From a virus (lineage: Duplodnaviria > Caudoviricetes), in IMG/VR virus record IMGVR_UViG_3300042363_001420: a stretch of DNA of 64,000 nt; one strand, written 5' to 3'. The translations under genes and the position numbers were made by a program. The notes beneath the pieces are model-generated. The model ran no database searches. It was given only the letters and a program-made list of their open reading frames with translations, and had not been told where the DNA came from. Below, one piece after another: positions 38,071 through 49,100 of the stretch (its first letter is position 1; every line of letters starts with the position of its first letter).

Positions 38071-38306
38071 GATATATCTATTTTGTCCGAGAAATCAGGA
38101 TCGTCTTTGCTTTTCTTAGAGTAAGTGTCAGCAATCTTTTCACGGTATTTGTTGTTGAAGGTTTCTAATGCCATGCGAATTTGATTAGTCAAATGACTAT
38201 TTCCAGATCGATGAGCAATAGATAATTTTTTGTTCAGTTCGCTGATTTTGTTCTGCAACTGATCAATTGTCATGCTGTCAATATTACCAATTAAGGGATG
38301 TTCCAT
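38067..38306 (-). CDS. Hypothetical coiled-coil protein
   Basis: 79-aa ORF. Confidence 0.7.
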   Translation of the reverse strand: MEHPLIGNIDSMTIDQLQNKISELNKKLSIAHRSGNSHLTNQIRMALETFNNKYREKIADTYSKKSKDDPDFSDKIDIS

Positions 38307-38310
38307 AATG

Positions 38311-38360
38311 TAAAAAGGCCTTTGATACTATATTTTAGCATCAAAGGCCTAGCATGTCAA
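38311..38360 (-). terminator. Terminator of the structural operon overlapping a sigma70 promoter
   Basis: AGGCCTTTGATGCTA/TAGTATCAAAGGCCT plus T tract; TTGACA(38355-60)-17-TAAAAT(38332-37). Confidence 0.7.
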
Positions 38361-38370
38361 CTATTTTTGA

Positions 38371-39249
38371 TTAAGCAAATGAAGCACCGTTATTACCAAT
38401 GCAGAACCATTTGCTGTTGATATACTGCAAAGTACAAGCTTGACCAGCAGTGGTGAAAGTAACAGTTCCGGAGCCTCCCCATGCTGGGTTAGCTACAGTA
38501 ATAACCATATCACCCCCTCCGTTAGCTACCATTGCCAAAACTTTAACTTGTCCAGTAACACCAGCTGCTAATGTAGCAGTTTCGGCAGTTGCTGTAGAGA
38601 AATAACTAGTAGTTTTGGTTAAACTAGCAGCAGCCGAAGCAGCTAAATCTTCCGATGACGGCAAATAAATTGGATCGTGGTTACGAGTCAGGTCAAATAC
38701 ACTAACTGTGCCACCGCTGTCGCTGGTTTCAAATTCGAATTCAAAGAAACCAGTTTGATTAAAAGTAATAACATTACTATTGATACCTTGGAGATTACTG
38801 ACACCGATGGTAACAGATGCCGGAAGTGTCACAGTATGTGATACGTTAGTGACATTAATTTGTACTCTCAAGCGGCTAACTGTTCCGGCAACCGATAAGT
38901 TGCTGAAACTTAGACTAACTGGCCCACTGGTACTGAGAGTAAAGTAAGGCCCGGCAGCATAATTTAGTGTGACTGATCCTGATACCGAACCCAAAGATAC
39001 TTTGGTTTCGCTCATGTCCTGTAGTTGTGCATTACTCAATATTGATCCGGCCATGTCGTTATTCAAAGTAGTACCGGTTAAGGCAGCCTTTAATACAACC
39101 TTGTTTTGTAGATCGGTAATTTCAGCAGCAGCATAACTAAAATTCGTCTTAATATTGGTAAAATTATCTCTGAATCCTTGACTGTCATTGTCTTGACCAG
39201 CTACAGGGTAAGATCCGTCGATGTTGTTTGGGTTAATAGTTGACGCCAT
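38371..39249 (-). CDS. Virion structural (tail/baseplate) protein
   Basis: YPVAGQDNDSQGFRDNF N-terminus; S/T/G-rich beta structure; late promoter. Confidence 0.7.
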   Translation of the reverse strand: MASTINPNNIDGSYPVAGQDNDSQGFRDNFTNIKTNFSYAAAEITDLQNKVVLKAALTGTTLNNDMAGSILSNAQLQDMSETKVSLGSVSGSVTLNYAAGPYFTLSTSGPVSLSFSNLSVAGTVSRLRVQINVTNVSHTVTLPASVTIGVSNLQGINSNVITFNQTGFFEFEFETSDSGGTVSVFDLTRNHDPIYLPSSEDLAASAAASLTKTTSYFSTATAETATLAAGVTGQVKVLAMVANGGGDMVITVANPAWGGSGTVTFTTAGQACTLQYINSKWFCIGNNGASFA

Positions 39250-39253
39250 TTTT

Positions 39254-41932
39254 TTATCCTAAAATATTGGTTTTGGGGAACAGCACATATTTATCGAACC
39301 TGTCGGTGGTAGTGGTAGTATTTGCAGGAGTAATAAAGGTAGTGCTGCCGCCATCAAAATATGTTCCTATTGCATTCAAATTAGTGTCAAATGTGGTGGC
39401 AGCCGGCGGAGACGGAATCCAACGTCCTGATTCAACACTATCGTCATATGGTTCCCATGCATAGGTCATTCTTCTATCGATTTCGTAACGATCTGCTTTG
39501 AAATCAACTAGGTTTAGTTGATCCCCAAACTGTTGTTTTATGTTGTAGACTACTCTGGCGCCTTCTCCGGGGTTGACATAAGCAATTACCCAGGCTGGAG
39601 TAAATCCTAAAACACGTCCATCATTTTGTTTACTGATCATCCAGGCCGGTAACATAGGACTAATTTGACCCACAACATCAACTACTTGATCTCGCATGTT
39701 AACCAGACTGTTTGGGTATACTACATCAACTGTTTCTCCCTGATCATTTACAACAGGATAAGGCAGTTTTAATTCTTTACTGACACTTTCTCCCTTGTCA
39801 TTGACTGATTCTCCGATTACTCGACTGTATACAGCTTCGTATATGATTTCTCCGTCGGCATTACGTGCTTGTGCAACTTCGATTTGTCCTAATGTTAATC
39901 TTTTCCAGTAGTGATTGAGATTTAAACTTTCTACGTATGTTTCTAAAGAAGCAGCATTAAGTCCAAAAGCATGATCGTATACCACAGATTTGGCCACACC
40001 AAAATTGGGATCGTCAGCACGATATACTAGATTTTGTGGTATAATGTCTTGATTTTGAATCAATTGACTAATTAATTCTCGATCATTTTCTGGTGGCATT
40101 GCTTTGATATAAAGACCTTGATAAGGTTCGTCAAACACACGATTTACACGAATCGAAAAGGTCCTAAACACTGACACTACATTTACTATATCAACAATTC
40201 TAATCTGCGAAGTTGCAGTGGCGCCCACTCCGCCGCCGCCGGTGATGGTTACGGTAGGAGGAGTAATGTAGCCTCGACCTTGATTTCCCACTGCTATAGA
40301 AATAATTACGCCATCGACTATTGTAATCGGCCCCACGGTTGCTTGAACAGCATCAGCAGTATTTGGAGGTGCAGACAAGGTTATTGTTGGAGTACTGATA
40401 TATCCAGAACCTCCGTTGGCTACTGATATTGACGAAACCTGATAACCGGGTTGTTCTAATGCTGGTGCAAATGCATTGACCGTAAATCGATATTCCATAT
40501 CGAAAGTAGTGGGTTGCGTGATGTTACGTGTGCGAATTTGTTGATCAAAGGTAGTTCTACCCCCATCTAAAGCGAAAGTATTGAAACTGACGCGACCGGT
40601 TATGTCTCCAGTTGATTGTAGAGTTAGACCCTGTGGTAGTCGACTATCAGTGCCTGATGCCAGTCGATATTCTAAAGATCGGCCTCCTGCATTAACAGCA
40701 CGAACTCCCAATGTACTAATTGCACCGTTGTTAATGGTTCCAAGATCAGAATTAGTTAACCAGATAACATCTGTTTCCACAGCACCGATAATTGTAACAG
40801 TGAAGTAGTAGAAATCTGATATTACACTTGGATTCAACGTTTTTTTAACCCGCACCGCAAATCGATAAGTGGACTCAGTGGCCCCTTGATCGGGGATGTA
40901 TCCGTAGAACCATCCTGTTTCGGGATTTATAGTCAAACCAGGCGGCAAGCTAAATGTGCCTCTGTCAAATCCTTCGCCGCTGAAATCGTAACTACCTGGA
41001 GTATTAGGCGATATAGCAGCATCAAAACCGATGCCCGCGCCTACAGTAATTTCGTACTCAATGGAGTCTCCGTCGAAGTCTACGGCATCAAACTTAAAAG
41101 CAAAGAAATTGTCAGAGCGTACTCGTCCTAGGTCACCCGGCGGAGTCAGTAATATTGGTGTTCTCACAGGGGATACATCAGCAGTGATAAAAGTATTGTC
41201 TGCTGTGAAATCATCTGTGTCGGCACTCATGGAATCTTTTGAATAAACAAATATTTCAAATACTCGCACGTCGGATTGTTTGCCGTCGTAGATTTCTAAA
41301 CCAAATTGATAATTTTTACTGGCACTGCGAGTGGCAAAGTCAAAAGGAAACTGTGCGTAAGGAGAATTATCGTAACCAGCATTGGCTGTGTCCGGAACTC
41401 CGGTTAACGGGGCAATAACGCCAGATATCAATCCTGTATTACTTAGTACTAACCCAGGAGGTAACTCTCCTGTCAGCACTCGAATCTGAATTTGTTCATC
41501 TGGATCTCGATCAGTAAACTCGAGTTGAATATTGACTGGAGTACCGTCGTAGTAAGTTCCGATATTTCCGGGAGGAGTAACAAATTCCGGAGCATCCTGC
41601 CCTGTAACAACTATGGTAAATGTTCTATCAGCGAAACGATCAACTACTGTAACACCATTGACTACCTTAGTAGTATAAGCTCGGATAGCAAATTTACTGG
41701 TTATATCTTCTGCTACTTCTTGTGGTACACCTTGTACTGTCAAGATACTTCGAGGTGTACCTTCAACTACACCGTTAGAAGTCACTTGAATACCGGTTGG
41801 TAACTGTCCTGCTATAACACGAAAAAGAACGTTTTCGTCAGCAGCAACAGCTACAACAGGTATTTGATAAAATATACCTTCGGGTATAGTGCCTAAACTA
41901 CCTGCAGGAGTAATCCACTGTGGTTGTGCCAT
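39254..41932 (-). CDS. Baseplate/structural protein with repeated Ig-like domains
   Basis: Repeated GxLPxGLxLxxxGxIxG and PxWxTPxGxLG units. Confidence 0.75.
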   Translation of the reverse strand: MAQPQWITPAGSLGTIPEGIFYQIPVVAVAADENVLFRVIAGQLPTGIQVTSNGVVEGTPRSILTVQGVPQEVAEDITSKFAIRAYTTKVVNGVTVVDRFADRTFTIVVTGQDAPEFVTPPGNIGTYYDGTPVNIQLEFTDRDPDEQIQIRVLTGELPPGLVLSNTGLISGVIAPLTGVPDTANAGYDNSPYAQFPFDFATRSASKNYQFGLEIYDGKQSDVRVFEIFVYSKDSMSADTDDFTADNTFITADVSPVRTPILLTPPGDLGRVRSDNFFAFKFDAVDFDGDSIEYEITVGAGIGFDAAISPNTPGSYDFSGEGFDRGTFSLPPGLTINPETGWFYGYIPDQGATESTYRFAVRVKKTLNPSVISDFYYFTVTIIGAVETDVIWLTNSDLGTINNGAISTLGVRAVNAGGRSLEYRLASGTDSRLPQGLTLQSTGDITGRVSFNTFALDGGRTTFDQQIRTRNITQPTTFDMEYRFTVNAFAPALEQPGYQVSSISVANGGSGYISTPTITLSAPPNTADAVQATVGPITIVDGVIISIAVGNQGRGYITPPTVTITGGGGVGATATSQIRIVDIVNVVSVFRTFSIRVNRVFDEPYQGLYIKAMPPENDRELISQLIQNQDIIPQNLVYRADDPNFGVAKSVVYDHAFGLNAASLETYVESLNLNHYWKRLTLGQIEVAQARNADGEIIYEAVYSRVIGESVNDKGESVSKELKLPYPVVNDQGETVDVVYPNSLVNMRDQVVDVVGQISPMLPAWMISKQNDGRVLGFTPAWVIAYVNPGEGARVVYNIKQQFGDQLNLVDFKADRYEIDRRMTYAWEPYDDSVESGRWIPSPPAATTFDTNLNAIGTYFDGGSTTFITPANTTTTTDRFDKYVLFPKTNILG

Positions 41933-44331
41933 TAAAGTCTTCCTACAACTACCTCAATAATGCCTGTTTCGCCGTCGAAATTTTCCAATGCTTTTCCTAT
42001 TACGGTTCCTATTTCCGGCTTTACAGCAGCTCGACCGTAGCCGTTGCCTGCCGATACAATCATCTGACCTTTTCTAATAGGACCTTGAACTTGGCATGGA
42101 ACACGTCCGGCCAAGGCCACTGCAATTACATATTGACCTATTAACCCAGAATTCATCAGATATGCTGGATTAGAAGAAACAACTCCGGCAATCAGAGGAT
42201 CATTGTCTTGGTCTGCCAGAGTCACTTCTTGAGTCCCACCAAATTTAACTACAGTTCCAGGATTGTAATTGGCGTCAGACAAGTACTGCTCAGCCAAGTC
42301 AGCATACTGCGCTGATGTAGCTTTAGCAAATACAGTATTGAAATAATTTACAGAACTTCCGATATTACCAGTACCATTGGAGCCGGTCTTGGCAATAACT
42401 GGAGTGGAAATTTGTGTGGCAGCAGTAACAGTGTCAACTGTTAAAATTCCAGTTGTTAGATTACCAGACGTGGTGTTACCGGATACCGACAAGCTTGTCA
42501 ACACACCCAGAGATGTAATACTAGGCTGTGCCGATGCCGACACTGTGGCAGCCGAAAAGCTAGTGTTAGCAGATATAACAGAAATATTATATAACCCAGA
42601 TAGTCTGTCTTGAGGCACAGTGCCGGTATCAAGATTACTGGCATTTATTGATGTTAATGCTCGACCGTTGCCTGTGACCGTGGTAAATGCACCAGTAGTA
42701 CCGCTGATATTACCAGTAGTTACATTTCCAGTAACAGACAAAGATGTCAACGTGCCCACTGATGTAATGTTAGGTTGTGCTGCTGTGGTTACTGTGGCTG
42801 CAGTTGAAACAGCTATCGAATAATTGCCTGACAATCGTTCGCTGGCAACTATACCTGTAGACAAGCTACTGGCATCAAGCCCAGTGAGGGAACGTCCATT
42901 GCCGGCTATTGTTGTAAAAGATCCGTCAGCTGCTGCTAGGTTACCACTGACTGATAAACTAGATAGTATACCAACTGATGTGATATTAGTTTGAGATCCA
43001 GTGGTCAACGTGCCAGATATATTAGTGGCCGAAATATTTCCTGTAACTGATATATTTCCAGTTACAGCTAGCCCAGTTAATGTACCAACTGATGTAATGC
43101 TAGGTTGAGCAGCAGTAGACAGTGTTCCGATCAGGTTAGCAGCCGAAACATTTCCGCTGGCAGTAACTGCTGCCACCGAGACGGTGTTTGCAGCAATATT
43201 ACCGTTGACTGTCAACAACTTGGAAGCATTATTGTAAGTAAAATCCGAAGAAGCATCAGCTACTCCAGAACTGTTATAAACTACTTCAGTTGTTGCGCCT
43301 GGAATAACAAAGTTACCAGTAATGTTACCCAATACAGTACCAATAAAAAATCCATCGGCTATGATATTACCAGAAGCAGAGATATCGGTTGTAGTAACCA
43401 TAGAATTGGCCAAAATCACATTACCGACAATGTTTCCTGTGGCCTCAACTCCCCCAAATGATCCAACTGTGTTGGCCGCGCTGTCGCCTGAGATAGTAAA
43501 TTCTGCGCCAGAGCCACTGGACAATGTAATCGACGATTCTGTAGAAGTAATTTCTGCGGATCCGAGATATATTGTGTTCCCGGCCAAATATAACGATCGC
43601 CATTTGTTGCTGGGACTACCTAAGTCATACGTAACATCAGTGCTGGGAATAATATTTCCGGCAGTGGTATCGCCTGTGACTGCTAAGTTTCCAGTAATAA
43701 TTACATTGCTGAAATCAGTGTGTGTTGGGCTGAAAACAGCAACATTACTGACACCGTCAACGGAAATGGTCACATTACTGTCGTCACCGATGCCAACAGT
43801 GCTGTTGGCATAATCGATCTGTTGTGTAACAACACTTTCTACATACAAAGACTGCCACCTGACATTGGCTGTGCCCAAGCTGTAAGTTGCATCGGCTTGC
43901 GGAGTAACATTGCCGACAACAGTATTACCTAAAATTGTTAGATTATTGTGTGTTACTCCAACATTGCTGAAAACAGCAACATTACTGACACCGTCAACGG
44001 AAATGGTCACATTACTGTTGGGCGCAGCTATATCAACACTGCTGGTACCATTGATAATTCTGGGAATAGTAACGTTACCTACGTTAGTAACCTGAGCCCA
44101 TATTTCAGAACTACCGTCGTAATCCTGAAAACAATAGTAGAAATAAGTAGCGTCGTAAGCATACATACCGGCTTGATCGTTAATGCTGCCCACTAACGAT
44201 CCCGGTACACTTTGCTGTGCTCGACTGAATAATTCACCGAAATTGCTGTTGCATTTTTGATAGGCTGTACGTAGCGGATCACCAGTGCCGTCGTTGGGTG
44301 CTGAGCCTACATTAATAACCTCTTGTGCCAT
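41932..44331 (-). CDS. Tail fibre protein
   Basis: N-terminal NDGTGDPLRTA attachment motif; AAQPxITSVGTL repeats; C-terminal YADLAEQY...IGKALE domain. Confidence 0.8.
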   Translation of the reverse strand: MAQEVINVGSAPNDGTGDPLRTAYQKCNSNFGELFSRAQQSVPGSLVGSINDQAGMYAYDATYFYYCFQDYDGSSEIWAQVTNVGNVTIPRIINGTSSVDIAAPNSNVTISVDGVSNVAVFSNVGVTHNNLTILGNTVVGNVTPQADATYSLGTANVRWQSLYVESVVTQQIDYANSTVGIGDDSNVTISVDGVSNVAVFSPTHTDFSNVIITGNLAVTGDTTAGNIIPSTDVTYDLGSPSNKWRSLYLAGNTIYLGSAEITSTESSITLSSGSGAEFTISGDSAANTVGSFGGVEATGNIVGNVILANSMVTTTDISASGNIIADGFFIGTVLGNITGNFVIPGATTEVVYNSSGVADASSDFTYNNASKLLTVNGNIAANTVSVAAVTASGNVSAANLIGTLSTAAQPSITSVGTLTGLAVTGNISVTGNISATNISGTLTTGSQTNITSVGILSSLSVSGNLAAADGSFTTIAGNGRSLTGLDASSLSTGIVASERLSGNYSIAVSTAATVTTAAQPNITSVGTLTSLSVTGNVTTGNISGTTGAFTTVTGNGRALTSINASNLDTGTVPQDRLSGLYNISVISANTSFSAATVSASAQPSITSLGVLTSLSVSGNTTSGNLTTGILTVDTVTAATQISTPVIAKTGSNGTGNIGSSVNYFNTVFAKATSAQYADLAEQYLSDANYNPGTVVKFGGTQEVTLADQDNDPLIAGVVSSNPAYLMNSGLIGQYVIAVALAGRVPCQVQGPIRKGQMIVSAGNGYGRAAVKPEIGTVIGKALENFDGETGIIEVVVGRL
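43729..44018. repeat. Perfect 53-bp direct repeat (43729-43781 and 43966-44018) within the tail fibre gene
   Basis: GCTGAAAACAGCAACATTACTGACACCGTCAACGGAAATGGTCACATTACTGT twice, 237 nt apart. Confidence 0.9.
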
Positions 44332-44473
44332 TGTTTATACCTCGTTTAGAGTATTTATGGCTGTTTATTAATAGCCCAAACCGGAATTGTTAATACACCT
44401 ATACAATTAGCAGTGTATCAGGCCGTAAATAACTCCAATGGGTATAAAGAACCCATTTTTAAAGGAGTCTATT

Positions 44474-44704
44474 ATGGACAAAGCATTTGATATGGTTAGT
44501 GGTTTTCTAGGCCGTGTGTGTGATATCGGCGTCAAGTTAATTGCTGTTGGTGTTGTACTTCAAATCCTATTTGGAGCCGCAGTACCATTCTTAGGCGTTG
44601 ATGTAGTAGCTGGTGTAATCAAACTGGTTACAGCGTTGGGTAGCCAAGGCCTTGTTGGCTTGGTAGCTGTTGCTGTGCTCTACTGGGCATTCAACAAGAA
44701 ATAG
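44474..44704 (+). CDS. Small hydrophobic membrane protein
   Basis: AAAGGAG SD; hydrophobic helices; own TAAATA box and terminator. Confidence 0.75.
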   Translation: MDKAFDMVSGFLGRVCDIGVKLIAVGVVLQILFGAAVPFLGVDVVAGVIKLVTALGSQGLVGLVAVAVLYWAFNKK

Positions 44705-44715
44705 ACTCCTGGTCT

Positions 44716-44748
44716 ATTAAAAAACCCGCCGAGTGCGGGTTTTTTATT
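44716..44748. terminator. Bidirectional intrinsic terminator
   Basis: AAAAAACCCGC-CGAGT-GCGGGTTTTTT between convergent genes. Confidence 0.9.
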
Positions 44749-44751
44749 GAG

Positions 44752-46140
44752 TTATAATCCGTAAATTGTTCGATTGGCGTTGTAGTTTTGCAGCACGTCA
44801 GCCGAAGATAGTGCAGCGTTATACAGTCTGACTATACCAACCCTACCGTCAAACCACTGTGGAAATTCTCCGCCATTGTATGATCCGATATACAAGTTGG
44901 TTGCAGTGTTTAAGATGCTGGCTAGATTATGGCTTACTGTACCTATGCTGGAACCATTGACAAATGTTTGTAATGTTTGAGTGCCGCCGTTGGTGAACAC
45001 ATAAACCAACTGATACCATGTATCAAGTGTGCCCACAAAGGTTGTGCTGTTCACAAACAAAGTAGAACCTGAACCACTGCCGCTACCTATTTGAGCATAA
45101 TAGGAAGTACCGGTAGTTCGTATGCTGTAACTGACATCAACTGTTAGACCTCCTGGATCAAACTTGCCCAGCACAACATCGTTTCCTGATGCAGTTTGAT
45201 TTACCCAGGCTTCCATGGTCCACGAACCTGCTCCGGGTTCCAGCAGAGCATTATCTGCTATGCTGACTTGGCTACTGGTACCGTTGTAGACAAAATATGG
45301 ATCGGTCCATGTGATGTTGCTCATGGTGCCATTTAGGCCATTGTCTGACAGATCATTTAAGGTAGTTCCTGTACCAGTATATCCAGCAACCAGGTTGGGA
45401 TCATAGTAGGCTATCAAGTTGGAAGTGACCACGCTGTTGCTGAATCTTGAGACATTTTCGTTGTAGAGTTCTTGGATCTGTGCTGCAGACAATGCCGAAT
45501 TCCATACACGGAACAAGCCGATATCGGCGGCAAGGAAACTGCCATCTCCCATACTTGTTGGGTCGGCCTGGCACAAAGCATAATACCATTGCGGTGCAGC
45601 CGGATCATTTTCTAAAGTAGTAGAAGCCGGCGTGCCAGCATTGATGTAACCGGTCAATGTGTTGGTAGCATCATTGTAGGTCAACACATATTGTTGCCAC
45701 TCATTTCGAGTAACAGCACCCACAGTGACATTCCCAATACCAGCCTGCCACAGTCCAACCTTGAGGTTGCCGGCCACAATCTCCATCACACTTAGGTGAT
45801 AGCCAGAATTCACAGGTGTGTTACCTTGTTGAGAAATTACTACGCCGTTGTCGCTCGCGGTCTTCACCCATATTTCCAGGGTCTGGCTGTTGTTAGAGGT
45901 AAAACTGGCCTTGAGATTGGCAGTGGTCGCAGACTCGTCAGTGCCATTGAATGAGAAGTAAGTGGGTGCAGGCGCCTCAAAAGTAGGTGCATTGACTAGT
46001 GTTCCATTGCTGCCGGTTTCGGCTGGCCAAGTGGTTCCAGACCCTGTGTAATCAACTGCGTCAAGATACAAGATAGGTGCGGGCACGGTCACAGTGGCTA
46101 AAGCCACGTTGTTCATGACCATCATCTGTATACCGCTCAT
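44752..46140 (-). CDS. Virion protein with two LamG/ConA-like domains (possible receptor binding)
   Basis: Two units YxGxGTT...TxExW...W.Q.V...YN.ALS...N. Confidence 0.8.
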   Translation of the reverse strand: MSGIQMMVMNNVALATVTVPAPILYLDAVDYTGSGTTWPAETGSNGTLVNAPTFEAPAPTYFSFNGTDESATTANLKASFTSNNSQTLEIWVKTASDNGVVISQQGNTPVNSGYHLSVMEIVAGNLKVGLWQAGIGNVTVGAVTRNEWQQYVLTYNDATNTLTGYINAGTPASTTLENDPAAPQWYYALCQADPTSMGDGSFLAADIGLFRVWNSALSAAQIQELYNENVSRFSNSVVTSNLIAYYDPNLVAGYTGTGTTLNDLSDNGLNGTMSNITWTDPYFVYNGTSSQVSIADNALLEPGAGSWTMEAWVNQTASGNDVVLGKFDPGGLTVDVSYSIRTTGTSYYAQIGSGSGSGSTLFVNSTTFVGTLDTWYQLVYVFTNGGTQTLQTFVNGSSIGTVSHNLASILNTATNLYIGSYNGGEFPQWFDGRVGIVRLYNAALSSADVLQNYNANRTIYGL

Positions 46141-49100
46141 TAACTAACTCCTGTGCCGTTGACAAACCAGGTATCGGTGGCCACTTTCATAATAGTTGCC
46201 ATACCAAATGTACTTAAAGTCCTGTTGCCTGAGGTAGCATTGCCTGCAAGGTAAAGTGTAACTCCTGAACCCTGTGCTATGGTGATTGTACCTGTACCTT
46301 GATTCACAACAGTAATGGCCGCACCAACTTGGAAACCTTGGCTGGCGTTGTTGGCAATAGTCAATACATAGTTGGTACTTTCAGTGGAGTAAAAATGTTT
46401 ACCAGCATCAGTTGTGGCAATAGTTGCGTTGCCTGTAAAGCCGACTTGCGGAATATCTCTGTAGCCGATGGCAAAGCCTGCTGTGTTACCTGTGATATTA
46501 CCCGATACTGAGAAATCGCCACCGTAAGTCAAAGGACCAGAGCCGGCACGACCCAAAGCTACGTTACTTGCATTACCAAACACAATGTAAGCATTGGCAG
46601 CATCTTGTTGTCCACGGATACTCAATGTGTTTGATAGATTGATATCGCCTAACCAAGTATCGTCGCCAACTTTAATATTTTGTCCGGTGCCATCGTTGTT
46701 AGTAGACGCAACGACGTTGGCGGTAACATTGCCTGTGGCAATTAAGTTATCACCTGTTATGTTACCTGCCACACTTATGGTATTGCCATAGGTGATTTCT
46801 TTTGATGTAGTGTTGTAGAACAAGATCTCCGCCACATTGGCCACATCATTGCGTATGGGTGCCACTGTGAATGTGTTGGCAGTGGTTTGATCTAATATGC
46901 CACCGGTGGCATTGATGATGATTGAGTTATTGCCTTGATTGGTGTCACCGGCTGCTCGCCCCAGGGCTACCGCATATTCACCTTGGGTAATTCGACCAGC
47001 TCCGTCACCTACAGCCACTGCTGAGACGCCTTGTGTGTCGGTACCGGCCATTTCACCAATGGCCACTGCAGAACCACCTTGGGTGTTGTTACCAGCTTGG
47101 TAGCCTATGGCCACTGCATAGATGTCTTGATTTTCTCCTCCGGCACGGTAACCAATGGCCACTGAATCGCCGCCTTGGTCATTGTTGCCAGCTTCTAAGC
47201 CAATGGCTATAGCACCACTGCTCTGCCCAGCAAATCCGGCTTCTTGACCAATGGCCACTGCGTAGGCACCTTGTGCATTGCCGGCTTCTCGACCAATGGC
47301 CACAGCACCAATGCCTTGTGAGCTTATGGCAGCTTGAAAGCCCATGGCCACTGCATAGTTGCCTTGTGATGTTTCACCAGCTTGTTGTCCAATGGCCACT
47401 GCATCACCTGCAGTGTCTCGTATTTCAGCACCGTTGGGCAGAGTCAGCACACCATCATCACCAAATTGCCATTGATATGCATTTCCACTAGAATCAGTAT
47501 AAATGTTGACCACAGTATTTGCTTCAAGACTGATATTCTCTGCGGCCTGCACTTCAAAGTTATTGGAGTCAGTGTCAATCCTGGGTGTGCCAGGGAAGGT
47601 TAATCTACCATCTGTACCAAAGTTCCAGATCTGTGCTACGCCATTGGCCACTGTGTTGGCCGTGACGTTTAAGCCGCCGGCCACTGTGGAAAGTATATTG
47701 CCGGCCACTGTCAACGGAACGTTTTGTATCAGCACTTCGTTGGGTAATACCACTAGATTGTTGTTGCCGCCAGCTCCAATGTTGACTCCATTGTTGCCCA
47801 CTAAAGCACTGATGTTTTCTACTGTAAAATTAAGACTGTCAAGATTGGTTATGTTTCCTAAAAGGCCAATAAAATTATTTGCTGCGATGTTGCCCGTGGT
47901 ACTGATATTGCCAGCAGCGATGTTGCCGGAGGATGGTTCAACAGTGGCATAGTTATTATACTTTATGGTACCATCATAAAGCATTATACTCATAGCACCA
48001 GTGGAACTGATATCTTGTGTGACTGTGGGAGCTGGTAAGTTGGTCAGTTCACTGCCATTGCCTTTGACATAAGCACCTGACACATTGCCTGTGGCACTGA
48101 CATTTCCTGCTGAAATGTTGCCCGAGAATGTAGGCAAGTAGTTGGCCACATTGGCATTGCCATAACTTGAAACAATACCAGTCAACTGACTGCCATTACC
48201 GACAAAGTAGTTAGCTGTGATGTTGCCGTGAGATTCTATATCACCAGTTACTGTCAGCCCATCTTCTACAGTAACTTCAGTGGAATCTTCGGAACGTATA
48301 CTGCTGGTAATGACATTACCAGCAGTAATTGTACCAGTTGTGGTAATACTTGTGTTAGAGTTGCTACTGAGCACAGGTTGGCCTGCAACAGTCAGCACAT
48401 TACCAGCAGTCAAAGTCAACGGCACATTGTTCATGTAAATGGTAGCGTTTGAAACGTACAGGTCGCTCCACTGATTGGTAACGTTTCCTAGACTATAAGA
48501 TACATCAGTATCAGGAATTAGATTCCCAGGGAAAAAAGTAGTACCATCATCAAAAAATACCCATTCAACAATAGATCCGTTGTGAATTCTGATAATAACT
48601 TCGCCGTGCTGTAGGTTTAATTCAGTGGCTAAGTTGTTGGTTGAATCAATGGAAGTAAAATTTAAATATCCGTCAACAGCACTGGTGATATATTCATCAA
48701 AAGTTTCTATGTCGCTGCGCCAGCTTGCGCCGCTGGGAAAACTTAGAAACCCTCCGTTGGTCTGTAATCCAAAATTCCATCTGTTGTTGATGGTATTGCC
48801 AACGGTGAAATTATTTTGTGCTACAACTGATTTATTAAAAACCCAACTGTTGGTACCGCTTACATAAGTGATTCTAGCATTGGCCCCGTCGACAATGATT
48901 CCGGAATTATCTGCACTGGCAGCATTGGGACTGCCGTTAGCTATCACAATGGTTTTATCTTCAATGGCCAAATTACTGACATTTACAGTAACAGTATCGC
49001 CATTGACTGTGAGATTCCCTTCGATTGTAACATTGTTAGGAAAAACAACTGGACCGGAAAAGGACACATTGGCTGCTGATAAATTCCCAGAAATAGAAAC

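Noticed and set aside
43729-44018. Repeat pair as a diversity-generating retroelement TR/VR
   Set aside because: The copies are identical, with no adenine-specific mismatches, and no reverse transcriptase is in the window.
46965-47405. Recurring CCAATGGCCACTG at about 42-nt spacing, resembling a CRISPR or tandem array
   Set aside because: The repeats are degenerate, in-frame and encode AVAIGxxAG YadA-like units inside the tail fibre; there are no cas genes.
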